Assembly (NCBI RefSeq): GCF_018977255.1
Contig: NW_024704743.1
Coordinates: 107,572,001-107,636,000, forward strand
Source: Callorhinchus milii
Taxonomy: Eukaryota
Length of the DNA: 64,000 nt
Direction of reading: 5' to 3'
Part shown: one piece after another, positions 37,791 through 49,700 of the stretch
Layout of the letters: every line of letters starts with the position of its first letter
How positions within the stretch are numbered: position 1 is the first letter of the stretch
The notes under the pieces: generated by a model
The model's input: the letters and a program-made list of their open reading frames with translations, nothing else
The model's database searches: none
Told to the model about the DNA's origin: nothing
Position numbers and translations under genes: made by a program

Positions 37791-40224
37791 CAGGAATTAA
37801 AACATTTATTGATGGTACTTGTTGATGGGGGGAAAAATAAGTTTTTAAGACTCTATGACGATTGGGGACATCACCCATATAATTCCTCATGTGATAATCC
37901 AAGTTACCTTACTTTATTTTCTCCCAGACAAATGAGTGCTGTTACAGCACCTCTTCACCTCATTGTGTTTTAAACCTGGTTTGTTTTGTTAATGGTTTGC
38001 TTTGGTGTTATGTACATTTAGTAACAACTCAGTCTCGCTCCACATTTTCTTCTTTCTCAACACAAGAATTTGATCAGACAGCCCACTACTTAAATTTTTG
38101 AATTGACATCCGTCCCAGCATTGACACTGATTTCTGCTGGTACTTGCTTCAAATAATGTCAAGTCATCCTGGCTGTAGCACAAGGACTTTTGCAAGAGCT
38201 TTTAGAATGCCAGATGAACACCCTCATGCTTTGATGTGAGTTGCTGAGTCATACCTGTCCTATGTTCAATTGTTAGCCTGTGTTTTTAGCTGAGATGAAT
38301 CTAGGGGTGCTGCCTCACCCCCCTGGATTAGAGAGGGAAAAATGAGCCAAAGTTTCTGTTTCAGATCACTATGCAGTAGCACATGACTAAAGGGCAGCAG
38401 TGTAGCTGTTGGGTTAAGCAAAGATTAGGCTCAAGTACAACACCCCTTGTGATTGAATTTGCCCTTTGAAATTCACTATTCAGGCTCAAAATCGAATAAT
38501 GGCCACTTGCATGTGTTCACATAGCACCTATTGAGTCTACATCTATAAAACAACACACACAAAATTACATTCATAAAGCGCCTTTCATGTTCATGCTCTC
38601 TATGCACTCCCTCCAGTCCCCCAGAGAATAGTTGCTTCCAGGCCCTCTAGAGCAAGGAAAGAAGAACTTACCTTGTCTCGACTCTTCTGTTTGCAAGCTT
38701 GCTATTCATCTCAGGACAGGCACCTAGATGTAGTCTCAATTCCTGTTTCAGTTCTGCCAGATAACTGAGTAAATTTTAAACCATAACCTGAAGATTCTGC
38801 CCCAAGATGTGGTTCTAGTTGTTTATTGGTGCATGAAAGGGAAGCTCTCAGTATCTAAGCCTGGTGTTTAATCGTTCTGAGTCACCAGTTCACCCTCGTG
38901 ATTGGAAGATTCATTGGTACTACTATGTCCTCAGCCATTATCAACTGATCTCTGATTGTCATCCAGACCCATCTTGAACATTTTTTGCTATTTAGCAGAG
39001 GACTCCATAGTTAAAGGGGCTATCAACAGGAACACCTTCTAAATTGTGGGTAATATCACATAATGATCTGTTGTTCAGCCCTGAATACAAAAGAGGAAGT
39101 AGTCATTCGTCTTCCAAAAGGGTCTACAGTTAGACATCCTCCAAGTTTCCCTTAGAACATTGGAGCTTGGTTGAATAGCTGTTTTCTCCACATCAGCTGG
39201 GTGCCTGAGATGCATGGGAACCCATCCTGCCTTAAGAGTATCCAGACCAAACTGTTGAGAGTGCACATATGCATGGAAATTTCCATTTGTGTGGAATGGT
39301 GTGTGCACTCACCCCCCAGAGGGATTCACCCTCTTACCTAATCCCACAAAAATAATTAGTCACAGGTTAACAAGAGCCATGATTTGGGGAACCCCAGAGT
39401 ATGTATTGAGGTATGACTGGAGTTTAACCAACTAAAGCTACACGGCTTACCATCGTGGACACTGACTAACGAGTATTCGGCTTGCCCTGGTAGGACCTTT
39501 CTACCTGTTTGAGCTTTGGATTGCAGTGTTAACAGGAGCCGAGTAGGAAGAATCCTTGCCCCCAGTGACGAGTTTGCTTCTTTTCAGTCCAGCTGACAGT
39601 TCAGACTGTCTGGTCTGCCATCCACAGTGCCTTGAAATACTACTGACTTGCCTGGTTTAGGAACCAGACTACTTTGGCTGCCACGAAGGATTGACTCAAT
39701 TCTGACATTCCACACAGGGCACGTCACCACCTTGGAGCCAGTTCAACCCCATGGAGACCCCACAGTGTGCACGGTGGAGAGATTTCTCATTTTCTGTATA
39801 TGTGTTAGGGACTGGTTATTTCAAAGGAAACTCTGAAATATGCAAATTACATGATGCATCAATGAAACATTATCTGAATCAGAGATCTTAATCTTAGTGT
39901 ATAGATTTGAAACCTCTATGTAGAACTGTATGTAATGATAATTCTGCTGGTTACAAATGCTTTTAGCTGCTTTGAAATAATTCCTCAGAATGGAGGGAAA
40001 TCAAGCAAATCTAAGTGACCAGAAGGGTGCGCTCCCTAAAGTTATATTAAGGAGTTGATGAAATGGTTAAATTAGTCATTTGAATTACTTGATTGATCAT
40101 AATGAGGGTAAACTAGCCCAGCTAATTCTTGAAATAGTTTTCAATTTTATCATGTTTAAGTTTTTAGGCATGTACATTTATTTGCTTTCATCTGCAGTTC
40201 AGTTCTTTTGTGTTCTTTTACTTT

Positions 40225-41200
40225 TTTCCACATCTGCACCATGACCTGCTCTGCCTTCCCCCATCTCTGCAACATCCCGCGGCTCCGCCACTCTCTCTCA
40301 CGGCAGGCTGCTGATACCCTCATACATGCTTTCATTACATCGAGGCTTGACTATGCAAACTCATTGCTTGTCAGCCTCCCCAACTCCTCCTTCCAGATCA
40401 TCCGGAACTGTGCAGCCCGTGTCCTCTCCCCCACCATGCTCCGTGACCCTATCATCCCCATCCTCGCCCGACTCCACTGGCTTCCCATCACACAGAGGAT
40501 ACAGTTCAAGATCCTGGTCTTCCCCCTCCTACCTCTGCGACCTCCTAACCCCCTACCAATCTGCTCGCACCCTCCACTCAGCGGACTCCGGCCTGGTTCA
40601 CGTCCCCCGCCTCGCTCTCCCCATGAAGATCTCTTCATATCTTCTAGATGTCTCAAAGCGTTTCACAGAATATACTGTATGTAAAGTGAATTGACTGTAT
40701 ATTTGTGGGCGAAACGTGACAGGCAATTGCGCATAGCTACGTCCCACAAACAGTCGTGGATTGAGCATCCAAATTATTTTATTTATTTACTTGAGGGATT
40801 ATTATCAGGCATGTGGTGTAAGGAAACTTGCCCAAGGTTTCGCCCTGCTGGGAATGGAACCCAGGTCTCTTGCTTGCGAGACGAGTGCTCTAACCTCTGA
40901 GCTACAGGAATACAAACAACAACAAAATTACATTTGCATAGCGCCTTTCAAGTCGAGAGGACGTCCCAAAGCGCCGGACAGACAAGAGTTTCGGATCCGA
41001 GCTGGGGATCGTGGAGGGCAGGGAGGAGGCAGGGAGATGGAAAGCAAGGTCTTGAGATGGATCTTGAAGGGGGCGAGGCGGAGGGACTGTGGGATGGAGT
41101 TCTAGAGGGTGGCGGCAGAGTGGTAGAAGGCCCGCCAGCCAATAATGAGCTTGATACAAACATGAAGAGCTCTGTATCAATTGCAAGGATTATTATATAT
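40225..41200. mobile_element. L2 plus SINE composite broken by an internal inversion
   Basis: L2 (+) 40225-40622 ([15 protein letters not shown]); SINE (-) 40631-40910; L2 3' end (-) 40913-41147; SINE tail (+) 41161-41197. Confidence 0.85.
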
Positions 41201-42264
41201 TGACGTGAAAGGCGCTATACAAATGTAATTTTGTTGTTTTAATTGGTCTAATTACCCCCATTTTATTTGGATCGTTTAGTTTTACTGCAGAAACAGTTGA
41301 AAGCTTTTCTTACATCCGTTGGTATGATTGGAGTAGAAATCCTTTCGCTCTCTTTCCAAGTAGACCTTCCCTTGGAACCATGTAGTAGGCACTGACTTGT
41401 GGGTCTGGAAAAATGTCTGATGGAGCTTTTTATGTAGCTTTTAAGACAAACTGAATATTCCACCAACACTGTCTTATGTTGTGAGATCTGGCATCTCTAA
41501 GGTCTCCCTTCTCCTTTTTTGGAGTACATGTTTGATTGTACCTTACGCTCAGCGCAAGTACTTTTTGAAAGTTTCTGAAAATGTTCAGATCTTCTGCTTC
41601 ATATCAATGCTTGAAGTAGTTTAGCAGATCTCATAGCTGGTCTTAAATCTGGGATCCTTGCGAACCAACTAGGTTGTTTTGATAGTGATCACATATCCCT
41701 TTCTGTTTTATGTTGATGAAATTGGATTACCTTTCGAACAGTCAAAGAACTGATGAGGAATGTGAAGCTATTATTTTCCTTATCTCTGACATTTCCAGAT
41801 GCAATGATTTGAAAATCCTTGACACTTCCCACTCCTGCAGTGTTGCAAACTAGTGATGAGAGGCCCTGACAATGATAGGAGCAGTGGAGAGTGTCCGATC
41901 ATTTCCACGTGTAAGAATTCTGGGATAGTTGGAATCAAAGCTGTTACTGTAATCATAAGGGGATTTTTCCCTCTTCTACCCCACCTGAACTGAACATTTT
42001 TGTACAGCGTAGTGGGGATTCTCCCACTGTACATCTTCATTCACCAATTGTGGCATATTCTTCTTACTCTTATTCCCCAACGGAGCCTTGCGCTAGTTCT
42101 AATGTCAGTTAGAATGATTTAAAGTGTGCCCCCGATTCCCTGGTTGATGTGTCTTTTGCTACACGTCAGTGCTTGCTGTACACTGTACTTACAGTTTATA
42201 ATGGAACAAACTTTGTCCTTGCTGTTTTATTCAGTAATGTGACCTTACTTCAATTAAGTATTTC

Positions 42265-43481
42265 CTACACTTTTGACACTGTGAACCATTCAATCCTCCT
42301 CCACCGCCTCTCCTCCCACCTCAACTTCCAAGGTTCTGTCCTTGACTGATTCAGATCCTATCTTTCACACCGCCTTCACTTCGTCTCAGCAAACGGCTTC
42401 TCCTCCAGCCCCCGCATCGTCTCGCGCAGTGTTCCGCAGGGCTCAGTCCTCGGTCCCCTCCTCTTTACCCTCATCATCTGCAGACATGGGGTAAATTTCA
42501 ACATATATGCAGATGACACCCAACTCTATCTCTCTGCCTCCACCCTCAACTCCAGGACTACTGGAGTCCTGACCGACTGCGTGTCCGACATCAAGTCCTG
42601 GACGAGGGACAACTTTCTCCAGCTGAACGTCAGCAAGACCAAGGCCCTCCTGATTGGCTCGTGCCAGCCACTCCGCACCTCAGGCACTGGCAGCATCAGC
42701 ATCCACGGCAGCACACTCAACCTCACTAAGCCAGTCAAGAACCTGGGTGTCTTGTTTGACCCTGAACTGTCCTTTCTCCCCCACATCTGCGCCATGACTG
42801 GCACTGCCTACCACAACCTCCGCAACATCGTCAGACTCCGCCACTGCCTCACCCCTCAAGCTGCCAAAACCCTCACCCATGCATTCATCACATCAAGGCT
42901 CAGTTATGGAAATTCCCTCCTCATCGGCCTTCCCAACTCTTTCCTTCACAAGCTGCAGATCATCCCAAACTCTGCAGCTCGTGTACTCTCGCGCGCTAGG
43001 CTACGTGACCCCATCACTCCCACCCTCGCCCAACTCCGCTGGCTCCCCATCCCTCAAAGGATCGAATTCAAGATCCTCGTCCTTACTTTCAAAGCCATCC
43101 ATGGCCTTGCCCCCTTCTACCTCTCTGACCTGCTGACTCCCTACCAACCTGCCCGCTCCCTCAGTTCAGCGGGCTCCAGCCTGCTCCATGTCTCCCACCC
43201 GACCTGCCCTACTATCGGTGGCTGCTTTCAGCCCCTCTGCCCCCGCACTCTGGAACTCCATCCCACAGTCCCTTTGCCTCGCTTCCTCCCTTGCCTCCTT
43301 CAAGGCCGGTCTCAAGACCCTCCTCTTCGATCTTGCCTTTGGTCGCCCTCCCACCTCTCTGCCTTCCCTCACCCCTACCGCACCCCCCTCCCCCATGCTC
43401 GGATCCTGACTTCTGACTGTCCAGCGCCTTGAGACTTCCTCCCGACGTGAAAGGCAGTCTATAAATGTAATTTTCTTGTTG
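42265..43481 (+). mobile_element. 5'-truncated L2 LINE (RT C-terminal part and 3' tail), frameshifted
   Basis: [67 protein letters not shown]. Confidence 0.95.
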
Positions 43482-46330
43482 TCAGATTATAAATTTCCAA
43501 CATTCTTTGGACGCTCCCTTTCTCTTGCTTTAGTGTCTCTTCTGAAACATTGTGAGTTATTTTTAAGAACGCATTTAAAAATATATTTTACCAATCAACC
43601 AGATTAGGAGAGTTCCGCAAAACCAAGAACATCTGCTCATGATGAAAAAAGCTTTTGTGTGGCTTTCGTTTTGTTCCTGTAAGCCCTGTGATGTACCAAG
43701 GTATAACAGATGTGCTTGCAGTATACTGTACTTACACTTTGTATTGGAAAAAACTTTGTCCTTGCTGTTTTATTCAGTAATGTGACCTTTCTTCAATTAG
43801 ATACGTAACTGGAATTCTATAACATCATCTGCAGATTCTTTTGTAACCTTGAAATGTTTTTAACAAAAATGTCACAAAATGGTTATACATGTTTGACCTC
43901 TGCTTCTTCCTTTTAAATAATTTGATTATAAAATATATTGTTCATGTATTGGTTTGACTCAACTGAAAGCATGTTCACCTCTAGGTTAGAAGGTTGTGGT
44001 CCTGAGTAGCACACCAAGATTTGAGTTTATAATCTAGATTGACATGAGAGTACTGTATTTTTGGATATACTGTTTTTCAGGTGAGACTTAAAACTGAGGC
44101 CCTATCTGTCCGTGCTCATAGTTTAGGTACCATTTTGAAGGGAGAGATATTCTGGTGCTTTGACCAATATTCTTCTTGTCCAAATTCGCAAAAAACAGAT
44201 TAATTGGTCATTCATTTGTTTGTACATTAATTGCTAGGTTTGCCTATATAAGGGATCACTACACATTGAAGTAACTCATTATGCAAGACCTTTACAGGAC
44301 AGCATGTGACATGCAAGTTACCTTGATATTCTTGAGGTCCAAATTCAATGCCTGGCAGGACCTGGAAGAGTAGACTGGTCACTGGAGGCAGGGAGCCATC
44401 CTACTCTGCTCTTGTTAACCCAAAGAGGCAAGCCAAAGCCCCAATGGATAGGATGGTCCTAGCTGGACAAGTAGCAGGAAAGCTTGCTGGACAGCAATAT
44501 CAATGGCAAGGTATTTGTTTTTTAGCTGGGTAAACTCCAGCAGTACCCCAACACACACTCCGGGGTCACCAAGCCTTGGCTCATGCCAATCTGCACCTAA
44601 TACTTTCCGGAATTAGATAAGCAGGCTGCATCCTTCCAGGGAGAGAGTGCGCTTTCACGTCAAGGACATCCCAAGGCATTGGATAGTCAGAAATTTGGAC
44701 CCGAGCTGGGGTGCGTATTAATATAAACAAGCCAACATTTTTAAAGAATAATTCAGTGAAAAATAATATTAATTATTTGTAAATCTACTCTGAAAATACA
44801 CTATGCAGTAAACCTCCAGATAAAAAGCAATCTTGGGAGTCATAGTGAAAGTGTGTCTAAAATGAGTGTTAAAATATTAGTGAAGGGCGATAAAAATGCA
44901 CCATCTTATATCATGGCATATTGGAGGGCTCATAAGAAGTGTCTGTTCAAATAAAAATGTATTGTAAAAGAATTGCATTAATCCCAGCAAATGAGCATAT
45001 AGTTTTTAACGAGAAGCACATCATCTGTGAGCTTCCACATGAGAGCAATATCTGCTTTATTAGCTGACAAAGGTTTATGTTGTGCTGTCAGAAGCCGCCA
45101 GTTCTTGTTTTTTTGTTACCTGGCTGAATGCCAAGCCTGTGCTTCCTAATGCGTCAAAAGGTTGCTACCATCCCAGATGGGGTGAAACCAATGAGCCATA
45201 GGGCACGCATTCAATAAAAAAGGAGTCAAAGAGTGAACTTAAACCACATCATCTGGTGTAAATACAAAACTGCTGCCAGAAACCCCAAGGCTAAGGCAGA
45301 GATGGAATGACTGCCAAGTATTAGAAAAATCTAAGATTTACTATAAAGTGTCATTTTCTTTGAGGGCTTAAACTTTTTTTTGTATTAAGTATTGCTTTTT
45401 TAATAGTGGGTTTAAGGTGAAACCACTTGAGCTAGTAAGTACTGAGATAAAAGTCTGTGTTTGATGAATGAAAGTGCTCTGTACGCTCGCGTGTGGGTTC
45501 TTGGCATGCTGCCATGTCTTTGGGGAGTGTTGAGATTATTGATGACATAGAACACTTGTGCTTTTGGCATGTACAGCTGATTCAAACTGGCAGTAGAATT
45601 GGTGCCTGGAGGATCAGTGTATTTTATATTGTGTTCACTTGCACAATGGACAATTATTTATGCAGGGCACCTGTTTAGACCAAACTATATACTGATTTGT
45701 GTAGGTAGCTTTTAATTTCGAAAGCTTCATTTTGCATCTTTAATTTATTTGGGACATAAAGTTATACATGCTTTTCTGTGCTATTTTTCGAACATACTGT
45801 ATGGCCAGCCAAACATTAATCATTTATATCCAAACTGCCAAAATAGGATTGTATTTTTATTCCAATGTTTGTTGATTTTTAAATCTGTTTTGGTTTAACA
45901 ATTGATGTCAATTTCTAGCTGTATTTCCTGAATTTTTCATGGCGTTTGAGGTACATTGAATACATTTGTTGACTGCTGCACAGTATAAATTTGTCTTCGC
46001 TCAGTTAGTGTAGCAATAAGAGCAATTACTGCAGAACCAGATCGTTATTGGTTTGAGCCTCAGTTGCCAATTAGTGCAATCTGCAAACCAGTGGTGGTGA
46101 TTTGTCATTGGTTGCTTCCCCTCCCTTACAACTCTGTCTCGTACCCCTCTGTTTTCGTCTTAAATCTTGCCTCAATCTTATTTGAATGTGTCCATAGCCA
46201 CCTGAAGGTAGGATTGTGTGTCAGATTACTTTTTTTGTTATATCCTGTCCGGGAGTCCTTGATGGGTGTTACAAGAGTTTCTCCAGCTATGGTAGCAGAA
46301 TTGACGTTTTGGAATGACCGAGCTTTATAA

Positions 46331-47350
46331 AAAACAACAGAATTACATTTATAGAGCGCCTTTCACGTCAGGAGGACATCCCAAAGCGCTGAACAGTCAG
46401 GTGTCGGGGCCGAGAATGGGGGAGGGGTGGTGTAGGAGTGAGGGAAGGCAGAGAGGTGGGAGGGAGACCAAAAGCACGGTCGAAGAGGAGTGTTTTGAGA
46501 CCGGCCTTGAAGGAGGAAGGGAGGAAGCGAGGCAAAGGGACTGTGGAATGGAGTTCCAGAGTGTGCGGGCAGAGAGGCTGAAAGCCCGGCCACCGATGGT
46601 AGGGCAGGTCGGGCGGGAGACATGCAGCAGACCGGAGCCCGATGAATGGAGGGAGCGGGCAGGTTGGTAAGGAGTCAGCAGGTCAGAGAAGTAGGAGGGG
46701 GCAAGGTCATGGATGGCCTTAAAGGTGAGGACGAAGATCTTGAACTCGATCCTCTGGGGGATGGGGAGCCAGTGAAGTCGGGCGAGGGTGGGAGTGATGG
46801 TGTCGCAGAGCCTGGTGCGTGAGAGTACACGAGCTGCAAAGTTTTGGATGATCTGCAGCTTGTGAAGGGAAGAGTTGGGAAGGCCGATGAGGAGAGAGTT
46901 CCCATAATCAAGTCTTGAGGTGACAAATGCGTGGGTGAGGGTCTCAGCAGCCTGAGGGGTGAGGCAGTGGCGAAGTCTGGCAATATTGCACAGGTGATGG
47001 TAGGCAGTGCCGGTCATGGCACGGATGTGGGGGAGAAAGGACAGTTCAGCGTCAAACAAGACACCAGGATCCTGACTGGCTTAGTGAGGTTGAGTGTGCA
47101 GCCATGGATGCTGGTGTTACCAGCGCCTGAGGTGCAGTGGTGCTGGCTTGAGCCAATCAGGAGAGCCTCGGTCTTGCTGACGTTGAGTTGGAGAAAGTTG
47201 TCCCTTGTCCAGGACTTGATGTCGGACAGGCAGTCGGTCAGGACCCCAGTAGTCCTGGCGTTCAGGGTAGAAGCAGAGAGGTAGAGTTGGATGTCATCCG
47301 CATACGTGTGGAAATTTACCCCATGTCTGCAGATGATGTCACCAAGGGGT
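46331..47350 (-). mobile_element. 5'-truncated L2 LINE, same young subfamily as 42265-43481
   Basis: 220-aa minus-strand [25 protein letters not shown]...HAFVTSRLDYGNSLL; YADD codons near 47290-47305. Confidence 0.95.
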
Positions 47351-47471
47351 AAAAGGGTACAAGTATTTCGGATGAAAGGAGAATCTTGTGTTTCTTTAAG
47401 GCAGTTTTAGCAATAATTTGCTAATTTATTTGTTGAAGCTGTTATACAAGAAATGTATGTGTTTTTTTTAA

Positions 47472-47588
<117 letters not shown>

Positions 47589-49700
47589 GATTCTTCGACT
47601 TTGTATCTGCTTAACTTGGGCCTCTTTCCTGTTCTGTCACCCTTCCTTCCCCTGCTCCAATGCAAGAAGACCATTATCGTATGGTTTGTCTAATGGGAGA
47701 AATCTGGAAAGTCCTTCGTAAATCTTGTAAAGCTGTCGTATATACCGTTAGCAGGAAAAAAAAGTAATTTGCTTAAAAACAGGATTTGAAAATTGTACTC
47801 ATATCTATTTACATTTGATTTGTTTTTGGTCAATTGTAATTTTTGGTTTTGTGTATTTTGCCCTTGACTACAAACAAAATTGTATTAAACACTACAAATT
47901 TCATTTGAGTATTTTAACTAGTTGTGTGAGTTAAAATTCCTATTGCTGTGGTGACTTATTGTTTCATGATATAAAACTATACGAGTTGTCAAATTTCAAA
48001 TGCTGTGGAGAAAAGCAGGAGGACTGTTTTAATTCTGTATTTATCATCCACTTTCTGTATATATAGTTAAAATAACGGGCTTGGGTGTATGTCGGCCAAG
48101 CTAAAATTCCTTTGTAGTTAAGCAGATCACCAGTGTCTTCTGGACTATCTCAGCTTAAAAAAGCAGTATTGCTATAGTCTGAAGCGTTGTCTATACTGAA
48201 TTTTAGAGGTGGCTTTGACTTTAGGTCTCTTAATGCCATCTGCTTTCTTTCCTCCCCCTTAACCTATGTCCATATGTCCCAGATGTAACTCATGCTAAAT
48301 GTATATTGTTAGAGACTTCATATCATCTACCACCTATTTTAATGCCAAATGTGTGTTTGCCCAGCTTCTTTAGAGCACCTCTTCAGAAATGGATCAGTGG
48401 TTTGCCTTAAAGAATAGTTTGATGTTGAGATTAAAACAAACAGCAGCTGAGAGAGGAGTTTTTTTTGTGTGTGTTTGGGATGGAACATTGAGAAATGTTT
48501 ACTTTTTTTTCTTCATTGCACCAATACATTTTGTTTGCATGTATTTTCTTTCACCAGTAAATTTAAACAGGTGAGCTTTAGATTAGATGTGAAAGTGATG
48601 TAAAAGTTTTTCTTTATTGGCAGTCTGTTCTGTTTTGTAGGTGAAGATCTTGTCTATTGTATTAGGGTGATAAACTAATAAACCTGCCAGAATGAAACCA
48701 ACCCGATAGAAGACAAACAAGCTTTTACTTAAACCAATACAATTTTAACAATGAAGTTTCCATGTTTAAATCAATTCTATTTAAACTGAATACTGTCTTA
48801 ATAATAAATGTTAATTGTGAATTGCCATTTGCTCATACTTGAACTGTTGAGCCAGGAGTGCTTTTAACACTACTCGAAGGCTTGGTGGAAACCTTTGCAT
48901 GGCTGAATATACGTAGTGAAGCCTTTCAAAGAATATTTTCCTAATCTATATGAAAGTCCTTATATGTAGTATTTTGAAGTAAACAAGAAGATGCCAGGAA
49001 TACAGCAACCACAATGACCATAGTGGCATTTACTCTTTAGCATTGGTTTGCTGAGAGTCTCTATGACAATCTTGCATGAAACTGTTCACAGCCTAAAATA
49101 AGTGAGCAGGTTGTAGGAAGCATTTCCAGCAGTTCTGCTACATTAATACTTTTATTCTAAGGGTATGTCTGTATTGCCCTGCGGTATCACTCAATCAAGA
49201 TCCTTCCTTACTGAAGTGTTCAGATCTGTCACTTAATACAAATGCAGGTAAGTGAATGACTCCCCAAGGCTATCTAACTGAATAAGTAAGATTTATTTTC
49301 TGCTAGTTTATAGCTCACATACCGTAATTTCCTACTTTCACACGTGGCTACCAATAAATGTTTATGTACACTTAATGTAAATTGCCAATATGTAACTATT
49401 CTAACATATGAGGTACAGCCCTTTTCACTAAAGCTCTATGGCAACATTCTTCACTGCTGTTGCATGGGCATTGTATGTTAACGAGACTGAAATATCATTT
49501 AGAAAACCTATTTTCACTGTTATTTACGTTGCCACTGTAACTAAGTGTGGTTTTTAAACTAAAAATGTGTGCTTAAATTAAGAATTTGTCACCTTGTTCT
49601 TTGCATTGTATGTTTTTTCGATGGGGAGGGGAAAGAAAGGAATAGAGTTGCTATCTGTCTGCCTTTCCTTGAATAAAACTTTGCATCAGGAACTTAAAAC
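47589..49700 (+). other. RAB2A: RAB2A 3' UTR with tandem candidate polyadenylation signals
   Basis: AT-rich and free of recognisable repeats; AATAAA at 48677, 48803, 49353 and 49672; the true 3' end is unknown. Confidence 0.6.

Noticed and set aside
41750..41905. Box C/D snoRNA-like motifs (TGATGA...CTGA)
   Set aside because: Spacing is too short, the terminal D box is non-canonical and there is no terminal stem.
42581..43432. 283-aa ORF (also 46397-47059 and 54877-55590) as host genes or active reverse transcriptases
   Set aside because: 5'-truncated, frameshifted L2 ORF2 fragments without endonuclease or complete RT domains.
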